Source: a bacterium (GTDB lineage: Bacteria > Bacteroidota > Ignavibacteria > UBA10030). Taken from it: a stretch of 64,000 nucleotides of DNA. This document shows positions 11,050 to 21,842 of the stretch, piece after piece. The stretch lies in the NCBI GenBank assembly GCA_043803945.1, contig JAZDJN010000032.1, forward strand, positions 1 through 64,000, written 5' to 3'. A model generated the notes under the pieces. It did no database searches, was not told the DNA's origin, and saw nothing but the letters and a program-made list of their open reading frames with translations. Each line of letters opens with the position of its first letter. Position 1 is the stretch's first letter. The position numbers and the translations under genes were made by a program.

Positions 11050-12342
11050 ATGGGATACATTTTTGAAAAAGAAATCGAACTGATTATCAACACTATCCGT
11101 GCACGGACGATCGGTGAAGAAGAGACTATCCGGCTGAAAGATGTGCTGCACGCGGCAATCCATCCGGCAATCAAGGCCTACTTCAAATCCGAAGTTGAAT
11201 TACTGCTCCAGCAGGAACGCGTGAAGGAGGTCCGTTCGCCCAAGTTTCCGTACGGCTATCCCGACATCTCGACCCTGCAGCACCAGATCGATCTGATCCT
11301 CGTTAACAACTATGAATTTGACCGGCAGGAGTTTGAGCTCAATCTCGATCATGCCGTCCATTTTCAATTCAACTATCTCTGCCGTCCCCAATGGACGCTG
11401 GTGAACTTTGTTTTTGAAAATCAGCGGAGGCGTTCCACGGCGGAGATCATGCGGCGCGTGAAGTATTGTACTGAATACATCTATTACACAGAGATTATCA
11501 AGGGCTATGTGGAAGATCGCGGCCTGGCGGAAATGACCTATGAAGAGTTCAGTGCCCTGCTTGAAAAAATCGATCTCGAAGTTACGGCAACGCATTCGAG
11601 CATAGAACTTGCCCTCATGACGAAGCCGCTCCTCATCTTTATTCTTGCTGGAACGACGCCCATCGGTCAACGGCCGATCGAACCCAAAATACCCAGCACG
11701 GCGACGATTGTCTTCTTTGAGGATAAAAAACTGAACGATATCAAGGAACGGCTTGAATATGAGCGGGAACACAAGGGGCTTCATGATTTTTCGCTCCAGC
11801 AGCTTGCCGATATTATCGAGAAGGTAAGAACGGGCAATGAAGAAGCTCATGTGGAATTTCCTGCATTTGGGGAGCCGAAGGAATCGGAGAGGGCTTCTGT
11901 TTCTGCTGAAGAATCGGTAGAGGCAGGGGCGACAGACGGTGATCCAAAACCGGTTGAAGATGCGGCTCCGCTCCAGAAGCCGCCAGTTAAGGTCTTATCA
12001 GATTTTGTTGAAGACTTGACTCCTCCGGCAGAATTGGTGGGAACACCTTTCCCCGAAGCGGACACTCCGATCGATTCCTCACTTGTGTCGCTGGAGGCTG
12101 TCAGCATTCATTCGCTCTTTTCTCCTTCAGATCAAAAAGCCTATGTGAAAAAACTTTTCAGCCGGGATGAAGTGGCTTTTCGCAATGCACTCGATGCGCT
12201 GAATCTCATGAAAACCTGGAAAGAAGGGGCAGCCTATATCGAGCAGATTTTTGCCTCCAATAACGTCGACCCCTTCAGTGAGGAAGCAATTCTCTTCACA
12301 GATACGGCACAAACCTTTTTTCTGACCTCACGCGGTGGATGA
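11050..12342 (+). CDS. Hypothetical protein (helical N-domain, acidic Pro-rich linker, small C-domain)
   Basis: 430-aa ORF with host-like codon usage, 18 bp after the TPR gene. Confidence 0.8.
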   Translation: MGYIFEKEIELIINTIRARTIGEEETIRLKDVLHAAIHPAIKAYFKSEVELLLQQERVKEVRSPKFPYGYPDISTLQHQIDLILVNNYEFDRQEFELNLDHAVHFQFNYLCRPQWTLVNFVFENQRRRSTAEIMRRVKYCTEYIYYTEIIKGYVEDRGLAEMTYEEFSALLEKIDLEVTATHSSIELALMTKPLLIFILAGTTPIGQRPIEPKIPSTATIVFFEDKKLNDIKERLEYEREHKGLHDFSLQQLADIIEKVRTGNEEAHVEFPAFGEPKESERASVSAEESVEAGATDGDPKPVEDAAPLQKPPVKVLSDFVEDLTPPAELVGTPFPEADTPIDSSLVSLEAVSIHSLFSPSDQKAYVKKLFSRDEVAFRNALDALNLMKTWKEGAAYIEQIFASNNVDPFSEEAILFTDTAQTFFLTSRGG

Positions 12343-12386
12343 GGGAGAGCAATAGTGGAATCGGATCATTTGCGCTTTCGGCGCAG

Positions 12387-13498
<1,112 letters not shown>

Positions 13499-13525
13499 TC
13501 GTTCAGGGATCCCGTAATCACGACC

Positions 13526-14533
13526 ATGCCTATACATTCCCATCTCACTCCACGAAAGGTTGTTACGATCCTCGGCCTGCTGAGCGTTCTCTTGCTGATG
13601 GTGGGAATTGCTTCGGTCCTGCTGGGTGCGAGTTCAATTTCTATTGCAGAGAGCTTGAGATCGGTCTTCGGTGCCGGGGTGAGCGAAGATGATCCAACGA
13701 GACTGATCATTCTCCAAATCAGACTTCCGCGTGTGCTGCTTGCTGCGATCATCGGAGCGGGATTGGCGATTGCAGGAGCGACATTCCAGGCGCTGCTCCG
13801 GAATCCGCTTGCCGAGCCATATATCCTCGGCGTGTCGAGCGGCGGAACTGTAGGCGCAGTCGCCGTGATGATGCTTGGCCTTGGGAGCTCGTACCTCACT
13901 GTTCCTCTTTTTTCCTTCATCGGCTCAGGGCTTGTGATGATGCTCGTCTATACACTCGGGCACCGGCGCGGTTTCCTGGATACTAATGCACTTCTCCTCT
14001 CAGGCGTAATGGTCGGTGCATTTTTCAGTGCAATCGTTCTTCTCATCACAGCACTCGTGAATCAGGATATGCGCACAGCCTATCTCTGGCTGATCGGCAA
14101 TCTCAGTGGTGCCGATATGAAATCGTTCTATACCATCACACCGCTCATCCTCTTTGGCTCAATCGGACTACTTGTCCAGGGGCGTTACTTCAATTTTATC
14201 GCAACTGGCGAGGAAACCGCTCTGCACCTCGGTGTAGAAGTAGAGAGGGTCAAGAAAATATCGTATGCCCTCGCTTCACTCATTACCGGCCTCGCAGTCT
14301 CTGTCAGCGGTGTGATCGGTTTCGTTGGATTGATTGTTCCGCATGTCTGCCGGCTGATTTTTGGGCCCGATCACCGTTTGCTCTTACCGGCTTCACTTAT
14401 CGCAGGGGCATCCTTTCTGATTCTCTGCGATCTTCTTTCTCGGACACTCCTGGCTCCGATCGAACTTCCTGTCGGTGTCGTCACTGCCGTGCTCGGCGCA
14501 CCGGTCTTTATTTATCTTCTCAAAAAGAAATGA
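13526..14533 (+). CDS. BtuC/FecCD-family ABC permease (cobalamin/iron chelate)
   Basis: IRLPRVLLA, FQALLRNPLAEPYILGVSSG, GEETALHLGV, GVIGFVGLIVPH, ELPVGVVTA. Confidence 0.93.
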   Translation: MPIHSHLTPRKVVTILGLLSVLLLMVGIASVLLGASSISIAESLRSVFGAGVSEDDPTRLIILQIRLPRVLLAAIIGAGLAIAGATFQALLRNPLAEPYILGVSSGGTVGAVAVMMLGLGSSYLTVPLFSFIGSGLVMMLVYTLGHRRGFLDTNALLLSGVMVGAFFSAIVLLITALVNQDMRTAYLWLIGNLSGADMKSFYTITPLILFGSIGLLVQGRYFNFIATGEETALHLGVEVERVKKISYALASLITGLAVSVSGVIGFVGLIVPHVCRLIFGPDHRLLLPASLIAGASFLILCDLLSRTLLAPIELPVGVVTAVLGAPVFIYLLKKK

Positions 14534-14581
14534 ACGGTCGTCAATTCAAAATGAAGGATTGTGTCTCACTCGCGAAAGCGA

Positions 14582-14713
14582 CCTGCCCGCCTTTATGATC
14601 CAGAAATGGCAGGCGGGGTGTCCAGTGCCTTGTTCTCAGTTAACCAGCCTTCTGTAAGGCACTTGATTCCCCCGATAGAATACATCGGGACAAGCCGCTT
14701 GCGCGGGAATGAC
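14582..14713. repeat. REP-like palindrome cluster
   Basis: cctgcccgcc...ggcaggcggg (14582-14617) and gattcc...gcgggaatgac (14665-14713) with nested cccgat...atcggga. Confidence 0.65.
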
Positions 14714-14744
14714 AGTACATCGAATTTTCCAGAAAGGATTGGGC

Positions 14745-16136
14745 ATGGCAGAAAACGAAATCAACAAGAATCATAACCAATCAGGAATAATAATCTCAAA
14801 CATATTTCGTGAGATCACCCAGCCATTCGTTGATCTGATCCATGCCTCACGCGCACTCTGGGGTGCAAACCTCTCCTATTTTTTTGTCGGCCTTGTCTAT
14901 TTCGGCATCCTGAGCCTGCTGGCCATCTTCTTCAATGAGTATGTTGGGCTGGACGATATCCATGCCGATCAAATGGTCGGCGTATTGACTGGTGGCATTA
15001 CACTTGCTATGCTCTTTCTCGGAGCCACCGTTGATATGATCGGCCCCCGTCGAGCATTCCTGATCGCATTCAGCCTCCTGCTCGTTGGTACCGTACTGCT
15101 TGCAGTCGGCCCGGAATTTGTACAATCGAAGGGGCTCTGGTCATCCTCACACCTCTTTGCGATGCTGGGAATCTTTGTCATCATTCTGGGCTATGGAATT
15201 TATCAACCGGCAGTCTATGCGGCTGTTAAATTTTTTACGACAGAGAAAACGGCCGCCATGGGATATGCAATGCTCTATGCGGTGATGAACCTCGGTGGTT
15301 TTCTTCCCGGATTGATTTCGCCTCCCGTTCGTCAGGCAACAGGAATTCTTGGTGTATTCTGGGTCTATGCAGCGCTCACGGTACTGGGATTAACGCTCGT
15401 CGCCATCGTCCTTACACGGAAGGCAATGAACGATGCTATGGAAGAATCCGGATATGCTGCTATCAAAAGGAACGAGGAGAAACGGACGGCTGGGAAGCAG
15501 CTGCTCTATTATCTGAAACATTTTCCTCTCACCGATGTCCGATTTCTCTTTTTTATCTTCATCCTCATTCCGGTGCAAACGTTGTTCGCCCACAACTGGT
15601 TAACCCTTCCACAATATTGCAGCCGGGCATTCAGCGGGGTGGTCAGCGAGAACTTTGAATTCTTCGTCAATTTCAATCCGATTCTTATCTTTATTCTCAC
15701 ACCGATGGTCGCCGCGTTGACGGCAAAGAAGAACGTTTACACGATGATGATTCTTGGAACATTTGTCATGGCAATGCCGACATTCATTCTTGCGCTGGGC
15801 CCGAACATTTACACACTCTTTGCCTACCTGATTATCATGACAATCGGAGAAGCAATGTGGCAGCCGCGATTCCTCCAATGGGTAGCGGAGATAGCTCCGA
15901 AAGATATGACCGGCATCTATATGGGCATTGGACAGTTTCCATGGTTTCTTACGAAAATCATTACCAGTCTCTATGCAGGCTGGTTTCTTATGGAGTATTG
16001 TCCGACTGGCGTTGCTCCATCAGAGATGAGTACTCAAACGATGTGGCTGATCTATGGATTAATAGCTATCGTCAGTCCAATAGGATTATTCCTTGCCCGC
16101 CGATGGATGATTAAAGGTCTCACTGCCAGGCATTAA
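14745..16136 (+). CDS. MFS transporter, POT/PTR-like
   Basis: About 12 TMs, GATVDMIGPRRA (motif A), NFNPILI..LTP, IMTIGEAMWQPR; GAAAGGA before ATG 14745. Confidence 0.88.
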   Translation: MAENEINKNHNQSGIIISNIFREITQPFVDLIHASRALWGANLSYFFVGLVYFGILSLLAIFFNEYVGLDDIHADQMVGVLTGGITLAMLFLGATVDMIGPRRAFLIAFSLLLVGTVLLAVGPEFVQSKGLWSSSHLFAMLGIFVIILGYGIYQPAVYAAVKFFTTEKTAAMGYAMLYAVMNLGGFLPGLISPPVRQATGILGVFWVYAALTVLGLTLVAIVLTRKAMNDAMEESGYAAIKRNEEKRTAGKQLLYYLKHFPLTDVRFLFFIFILIPVQTLFAHNWLTLPQYCSRAFSGVVSENFEFFVNFNPILIFILTPMVAALTAKKNVYTMMILGTFVMAMPTFILALGPNIYTLFAYLIIMTIGEAMWQPRFLQWVAEIAPKDMTGIYMGIGQFPWFLTKIITSLYAGWFLMEYCPTGVAPSEMSTQTMWLIYGLIAIVSPIGLFLARRWMIKGLTARH

Positions 16137-16215
16137 GAGGGATTTTGCTGATACAGACGATCAGTTGAAATAAGAAGATTTCCTCAAGTATTTACTCAGT
16201 TTTCAATCTTTTCGC

Positions 16216-16365
16216 TATTATTGAAGCATTGCGAGCAAAGCATTTTGGCTGGCGTTATCCCTGGGAGCAGGACCGCTCGCGGGGATACTGGAATGGCAGA
16301 AGCTACAATGCTTACCTGCTGAAAAAATCAGGCAAGTATATCGTTTTCGTGGGCGATACATCATT
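16216..16365 (+). pseudogene. Fragment of an MBL-fold metallo-hydrolase
   Basis: Manual translation IIEALRAKHFGWRYPWEQDRSRGYWNGRSYNAYLLKKSGKYIVFVGDTS resembles the H...Y.I....I.F.GDT segment of MBL hydrolases; no start or HxHxDH motif. Confidence 0.5.
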
Positions 16366-16403
16366 ACAGTTCATTCTCTATCTCAACTAAAGGAGATTCA
16401 TTT

Positions 16404-16970
16404 ATGAACCCAACACTTCTTGGTGGTATCCTTATCGGTGGCCTTTGCAGCCTCTGGATGCTCGTGTTCGGATATACCGGATGGTACAAAGAGCCTGTGA
16501 TGATGAATATGTTCTGGGTTGTTATTCTGATCCAGATTGGTGTGATGATTTGGGGATTGAAGAAAACTGGAGTTGCAAACTCTTATGGCAAGCAGATTGG
16601 TGCCGGGACATTGATGTCGGTGTATGCAGGCGTGACCCTCTTCTTTGTGTCACTCCTGTTTACCGGTGTTCTCTTCCCCAATTACTTTGAAGAGCTTCGT
16701 GCAATGCACACTCAACTGTTGCGATCTGCAGGAAAATCGGATGCAGATATTGCATTGGAACTTCAGACAATGGCTGCGATGCAAACACCATTCATCAATG
16801 CCATCAGCGGTACGCTGGGCACAATATTTACCGGACTTATTGTCTCTCTAATTCTTGGGGCTTTTCTTAAAAAGAAAGTGGCAAGGGAACAGCAATCTTC
16901 CGCATCACAAAGGAGCGCCTTATTAACGATCGAACCATTCCCCGAAAAGGAAGGGTTCGTTGGTTTATAG
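16404..16970 (+). CDS. DUF4199-like membrane protein
   Basis: Four TMs with SYGKQIGAG and FPNYFEEL..M pattern; AAGGAG SD. Confidence 0.7.
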   Translation: MNPTLLGGILIGGLCSLWMLVFGYTGWYKEPVMMNMFWVVILIQIGVMIWGLKKTGVANSYGKQIGAGTLMSVYAGVTLFFVSLLFTGVLFPNYFEELRAMHTQLLRSAGKSDADIALELQTMAAMQTPFINAISGTLGTIFTGLIVSLILGAFLKKKVAREQQSSASQRSALLTIEPFPEKEGFVGL

Positions 16971-16978
16971 CAAAGCGT

Positions 16979-18547
16979 TTACTTCTTCAAACGACCGGCA
17001 CGCTCCGGATCTCGCACTACCGGCCACTCTCCCGGTTGGCCTGTCCGTTGGTTCACCGGTAAGACTCGCCGATCACGAGGAATGAATTGTGGATCTTCGG
17101 AGGCCAGGTATACCAGGCACGCAATGAGAACAACATTGTTTTTTAACTCATCGAAGACCAATTTATCGTATGTGTCACGATTCGTATGCCAGGTGTAGCC
17201 GTAATCCCACGAGTTCGATCCCAAACCGAATCCCGGAGCGCCTGCTGCATCGAATGAGGCGTGATCAGTACCGCCGCCCGCCGGCATCCCTGGAAAACTC
17301 AGTTTGACTTCGCTTGTTACATCGGAAGGAATACGCGCGATCCAACGTGCAAGAAATTCTGCAGCGTTCATATATCCGGATGAGGAGAGCGAGACAATTC
17401 GTCCTGTTCCATTGTCCTGATTAAAAAGTGCCTGCAGCTTTTCAACAACTTCGGGATGATCTTTCACAAAAGCTTTTGAACCGTTCAGTCCCTGCTCCTC
17501 GCTATCCCAGTGTCCGGTAATGATTGTTCGTTTTGGATTGGGATACACCTGTTTCAGTATGCGCATCGCTTCCATCATCATAATTGTTCCCGTTCCGTTG
17601 TCCGTTGCCCCGCTGCTGCCATCCCAGGAATCGAAATGGGCAGAGAGCATTACGTACTCATCTGATTTCTGAGTTCCACGGATGGTTGCAATTGTATTCA
17701 TGGCCGGACCCGGCTCGAGCATTTTGGATTCAGCGATGATACGGAGGATTGGCTTGTTGCTGCTCTCGGTCAGCCGATATACCAGTCCGTAATCTTCAAG
17801 ATTCAAATCGACTGTCGGGATCGTTGTCGTATTGGCGCTGAAGATTCTGTAGACGCCATATCCATTTGCCCATTGACTCCCGATGAGTCCGGCCGCTCCT
17901 GCGTGTTCGAGTACCTGGGCAAGTGTATCTCGTCGAAAACCCGACTTTCGAAGACGTGCATCCCAATTATCCAAGATCGTTTTACGAAGTTCCTTCATTC
18001 TGTCGAATTCTGGTTTCAGTGCAAATTCCTCCCATGTCTTATCTGGCCGGCCTGTCGGCTGAAGCGCAGCCATCAAAACGAATTTTCCCTTAACGGATGG
18101 AAGCCATTGCAGGAATGCGATAGAGTCCGCTACATCGGGGAAAATCACAACACCGGCTGTCACGCCTCCTTTTTTTGTTGGTGGACACCATGCCAGCATC
18201 GTTCCTTCGATCGATCGTACTCGCGGCTCCAATAAATCGATATGGGAAATCCCGCGTTCCCATCCCTGCCATTTACCGTACTCTTCATTTTTTGCCGGAA
18301 TGCCCCAGGCAGAATATTGATTGACAGCCCATACATGAGCTTTCATGCTTTGAGGCGTGCCAACGAGACGCGGCCCATGCACATCGAGTAATTGGTGCGC
18401 GAGTAATTCAAGCCTCGATGAGTCCATCGCTGCCTTCCAAATGGCTTTGATGACCGGGTCGTCGGTAGGAAATGTTTGTGCATTGGTCGGCCAGTATACC
18501 AGGAGCAGGCTGAAGACGAGCGTGAATTGTATCCAGCGTTTGATCAT
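16979..18547 (-). CDS. Secreted M28 metallopeptidase (carboxypeptidase Q-like)
   Basis: Signal peptide; GPRLVGT, SAHFDSWD, GATDNGTG, SEEQGLNGS, NQDNG, TDHASF, WHT..DTYD. Confidence 0.92.
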   Translation of the reverse strand: MIKRWIQFTLVFSLLLVYWPTNAQTFPTDDPVIKAIWKAAMDSSRLELLAHQLLDVHGPRLVGTPQSMKAHVWAVNQYSAWGIPAKNEEYGKWQGWERGISHIDLLEPRVRSIEGTMLAWCPPTKKGGVTAGVVIFPDVADSIAFLQWLPSVKGKFVLMAALQPTGRPDKTWEEFALKPEFDRMKELRKTILDNWDARLRKSGFRRDTLAQVLEHAGAAGLIGSQWANGYGVYRIFSANTTTIPTVDLNLEDYGLVYRLTESSNKPILRIIAESKMLEPGPAMNTIATIRGTQKSDEYVMLSAHFDSWDGSSGATDNGTGTIMMMEAMRILKQVYPNPKRTIITGHWDSEEQGLNGSKAFVKDHPEVVEKLQALFNQDNGTGRIVSLSSSGYMNAAEFLARWIARIPSDVTSEVKLSFPGMPAGGGTDHASFDAAGAPGFGLGSNSWDYGYTWHTNRDTYDKLVFDELKNNVVLIACLVYLASEDPQFIPRDRRVLPVNQRTGQPGEWPVVRDPERAGRLKK

Positions 18548-18668
18548 AAAAACTCCGAGAGTGATGGAAATAATAATGGTGAATGGAAATACTAGTATAA
18601 TTCTTTTTACTCAGATTGGTTCCATAAGGGAAAATTTATTCATAACAGAACTCGTGTCGCGCCGGCCT

Positions 18669-20657
18669 TCACGATTCATCGAGAAATACCTCTTCCTGTT
18701 CGATGTCCCCGCGGTTCATGAATTCGACTGGACAGCGTGGAAATGATTTGAGTACAATGCTGCCATACGATTTTCGAACAACACGGGAATCGAGAATGGT
18801 GATCATTCCCTTATCGGTCTTCAACCGGATCAACCTGCCGACTCCCTGTCGTAATTTAATAATTGCCTCTGGCAAGGTAAATTCAAAAAATGGTGTACCG
18901 CCGCGCTGTTCAATCTGCTCAATCCTCGATTCGATCAAGGGGTGATCAGGGACAGCAAAGGGAAGTTTGGTAATAATCACATGCTCAAGTGCTTCACCCG
19001 GAACATCGACTCCCATCCAAAAACTATCGAGCCCGAAGAGGACCGAATGGATATCTTCCTTGAATTGTTGGAGTAAGCGGTGACGAGGCTGCTTGCCATC
19101 TTGAACAAGGAGCGTGATCCCTTCTGATTCCAGAGCCTGATGCAGCTGGCCAGCAATCGTCCGGAGGAGTTGAGCATTGGTAAACAGAACAAGAGCGCGT
19201 CCATCTGAACGAAGAATCGCTCTGAGAATCCAGTCTGGCAGTTCTTCTTTATACCTGGGATTATCAGGGAGGGGAATATCTTTTGCAAGAACGATGCGCA
19301 TCTGCCGCTGGAAATCGAATGGTGAATCGAGAACGAGGGATCGGGCACTCCCCGCACCCAGCCGGGATTGAAAATATTCCGTGGATTTATTGATGGAAAG
19401 TGTCGCGCTTGTCAGGATGCATGACATCCCTTCGCGGAAGAGGCGGGCCCCTATACTCTCTGCAATGTCGATGGGAGAGGAGTTCAGATAGATATTGGGA
19501 TATCGTCCATGGCCGAATTCCACCCAGCGAGTGAGCGATGGTTCATCGTTATTCATGAATTCATCCAGGACAATTTCCGCTTCCCACAGCAATCGCCGTG
19601 CGATCAGGAGTTCATCGTTGTTCAAAGAGCTTTTGTCTTCCTGCTCAAGTTCCTTCACTGCTGACTGGAGATCGTGGAGCGGTTTACTGAGGGTGTTTAA
19701 AACAAATCGAGGGGTGCGGATACGGATAGTATTTGACTGGGGATTGGATGAGCGCACTGTAAGCCGGATGGTTTCAAAAAAATCTTCTGCAGATTGCTCG
19801 ACAGACATGCAGAGATCTTTGTGATGTTTTGTCCGGAGTTTTGCGAGAATTCCCTTTTTCGTTTTGGGATTGTAGAGGCGGTGAATGGCGAACAACACTT
19901 GTGCCCGTGAGAGGCTGCTGCCTATACTTGATCCGGCGGCTTGTTCGAGTGTGTGTGCTTCGTCGAAGATGACAAAATCGTCCTTGAAGAGATACCCCTC
20001 GGGCAGGTCCAGCATTGCATAGAGTGTGAAAAACAAGGCGTGATTCATTATCACGAGATTGGCATCACGAGCCCGTTGCTTCGCCTGCTGGAAGAAACAG
20101 TGTCCTCCACAGAGTTTCGTGCCGCAGGCACCCTTCTCCGAGCAAACCTGCTGCCAGACTGAGGGATCGGGGACAAATCCCAGATTCTCCACATCGCCGT
20201 CCACCGTGGTTTTTGCCCATTCCTCGATTGATGCGAGATCGTTTCGTTCCTCCATCGCAAAGAGTGATTTTTGCTGGTGAAGCGTACTTTGGAGCCGGGT
20301 TGTGCAGAGGTAATTTTTTCTGCCCTTTAACACAACAGCGAAAAACTCCCTCTCAATCAGTGATCGTACGATGGGAATATCTTTCCGGAAGAGCTGCTCC
20401 TGTAAATTTTTCGTATGGGTGGAGACAATTGCTTTCCGTTTATTTTCCAGTGCGTAAAGTAAACAGGGTGTAAGGTACGCAAGGCTTTTGCCAACACCGG
20501 TCGGAGCTTCTACAATAAGGTGTTTCTTCTCTTCGAGTACGGAAGCGATTGCTTTGGCCATCTCTAATTGCTGGGGCCGAAATTCATATCCTTCGAATTT
20601 GGAGAGGGAACCATCTTCAGAAAAAAATGATTCTATGGATTGATGGAGCTGATTCAT
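18669..20657 (-). CDS. dinG: DinG/YoaA-family ATP-dependent DNA helicase
   Basis: YEFRPQQ Q-motif, EAPTGVGKS, KGRKNYLC with Fe-S cysteines, DEAH, TSATL, FWMGVDVPG, QGVGRLIR. Start placed at ATG 20657. Confidence 0.92.
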   Translation of the reverse strand: MNQLHQSIESFFSEDGSLSKFEGYEFRPQQLEMAKAIASVLEEKKHLIVEAPTGVGKSLAYLTPCLLYALENKRKAIVSTHTKNLQEQLFRKDIPIVRSLIEREFFAVVLKGRKNYLCTTRLQSTLHQQKSLFAMEERNDLASIEEWAKTTVDGDVENLGFVPDPSVWQQVCSEKGACGTKLCGGHCFFQQAKQRARDANLVIMNHALFFTLYAMLDLPEGYLFKDDFVIFDEAHTLEQAAGSSIGSSLSRAQVLFAIHRLYNPKTKKGILAKLRTKHHKDLCMSVEQSAEDFFETIRLTVRSSNPQSNTIRIRTPRFVLNTLSKPLHDLQSAVKELEQEDKSSLNNDELLIARRLLWEAEIVLDEFMNNDEPSLTRWVEFGHGRYPNIYLNSSPIDIAESIGARLFREGMSCILTSATLSINKSTEYFQSRLGAGSARSLVLDSPFDFQRQMRIVLAKDIPLPDNPRYKEELPDWILRAILRSDGRALVLFTNAQLLRTIAGQLHQALESEGITLLVQDGKQPRHRLLQQFKEDIHSVLFGLDSFWMGVDVPGEALEHVIITKLPFAVPDHPLIESRIEQIEQRGGTPFFEFTLPEAIIKLRQGVGRLIRLKTDKGMITILDSRVVRKSYGSIVLKSFPRCPVEFMNRGDIEQEEVFLDES

Positions 20658-21023
20658 GGAGAAGAGTATACGGAAAAAGTACCTTGCACGGTAGTGTTCA
20701 TATTTCTGCTGCTTGGTGAGTAGAAATTGGCAGAGAATATATTCTGGCATTACAATAATCACTCACCAAATTTTCAATGGAGGTTCAACAAGCGGTTGTC
20801 ATGTATGAATCATACGTTATCTTTTCGAACAACGTACATTACAGTATTTCTGGGTAATTGCAGGGAATACGATCGTATCGTTCACTGATGTGGGAGTCAT
20901 ACTCAGGATTTGGAAGTAGGAATTAAGACCTTCATCAAGTGAATCCATAAATTCCCTGCATCTAGAGCATCAGGAACTGAATAGCCGTAGAATTGGATAG
21001 AGTATTGATTTTTTCTTAAGGTG

Positions 21024-21052
21024 TTGACATCGCGCTGAAATTGCGGTATATT
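21024..21052 (+). promoter_or_regulatory. Sigma70 promoter for tRNA-Met
   Basis: TTGACA-N17-TATATT. Confidence 0.8.
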
Positions 21053-21076
21053 TACATCACTTAAAACGATCGCGGG

Positions 21077-21148
21077 GTGTGGTTCGATCCTTCGATTTCA
21101 CTCAGGATCGAATCGTGAGTTCATCGAATGATTCGACAAGCTCACCAC
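21077..21148. repeat. REP-like cluster in the tRNA leader
   Basis: ttcgatcct...aggatcgaa hairpin followed by gtgagttcatcgaa..ttcgacaagctcac hairpin. Confidence 0.65.
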
Positions 21149-21162
21149 ATCAAGCAAAACAC

Positions 21163-21235
21163 CGCGGGGTGGAGCAATTGGAAGCTCGTCGGGCTCATAA
21201 CCCGAAGGTTGCAGGTTCAAGTCCTGCCCCCGCTA
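21163..21235 (+). tRNA. Initiator tRNA-Met (CAT)
   Basis: CGCGGGG/CCCCGCT acceptor with C1 mismatch, TCGGG-CTCATAA-CCCGA anticodon arm with three G-C pairs, GCAGG-TTCAAGT-CCTGC T arm; CCA not encoded. Confidence 0.97.
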
Positions 21236-21248
21236 CGAAAAACAACGA

Positions 21249-21279
21249 GCCCAGCCGCAATGCTGGGCACGGTTGTTTT
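21249..21279 (+). terminator. Probable intrinsic terminator after tRNA-Met
   Basis: gcccagc-cgcaat-gctgggc followed by ggttgtttt. Confidence 0.55.
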
Positions 21280-21361
21280 CATAGTATCCGGACAGAATAT
21301 GGTGTCCTGTTTACCCCGACGAAGCGCAGCGTAGTCGGGGCCCCCGCTACAAGTTCTAAAG

Positions 21362-21415
21362 AAGATCCTTATCGGTGTTCACCCCGTTAACGGGGTAAAT
21401 CGGTGAGGGTCTTTA
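21362..21415. repeat. Long hairpin with nested accccgttaacggggt palindrome
   Basis: aagatcct...agggtctt arms around the perfect palindrome accccgttaacggggt. Confidence 0.55.
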
Positions 21416-21569
21416 GTTTATATTATGGAATCTCAGGAAAAGTCTGAGGTGTACTGTTGAAGTGATTTTTGAATTGAGTATCAGCCCCTTCCAGAAAAAT
21501 CAAATCTCAATTTGGATGTAATTCAGTCCTTTCAAGTAGGTTGTTTTCACCACAAATCTCTTCTCCTTC

Positions 21570-21607
21570 AGTGTCGCATTGACACTACTCTCAAACATTG
21601 CTACATT
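21570..21607 (+). promoter_or_regulatory. Sigma70 promoter with extended -10 and an operator-like palindrome over -35
   Basis: TTGACA(21579)-N17-TACATT with TGn; agtgtc-gcatt-gacact overlaps -35. Confidence 0.6.
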
Positions 21608-21842
21608 CATTCCACAGTAAGGAGGGAACCGTGCCGCTCCTGCAACAAATAAAATTTTTGTGTTGAATGAGAAACCTCTGGAATCACTGATTGTGATGAA
21701 AGAGGTTTTTGTGTTTTATGAATCCTGAATATTATATCCAACAGGGTATGGCAAGTGGGTCAGAAATTAATAAGAGAAATACTAACTGTTCTGTAACACA
21801 ACAAGAGGAAGCTTGTCAACTATACAAATTAGGAGGGCTACT

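Noticed and set aside
13499-13525. Cobalamin riboswitch before the BtuC-like permease
   Set aside because: Only 27 bp separate it from obgE; no room or motif.
21079-21390. ORFs 21079..21390 and 21128..21334
   Set aside because: They overlap tRNA-Met and palindromic repeats; spurious.
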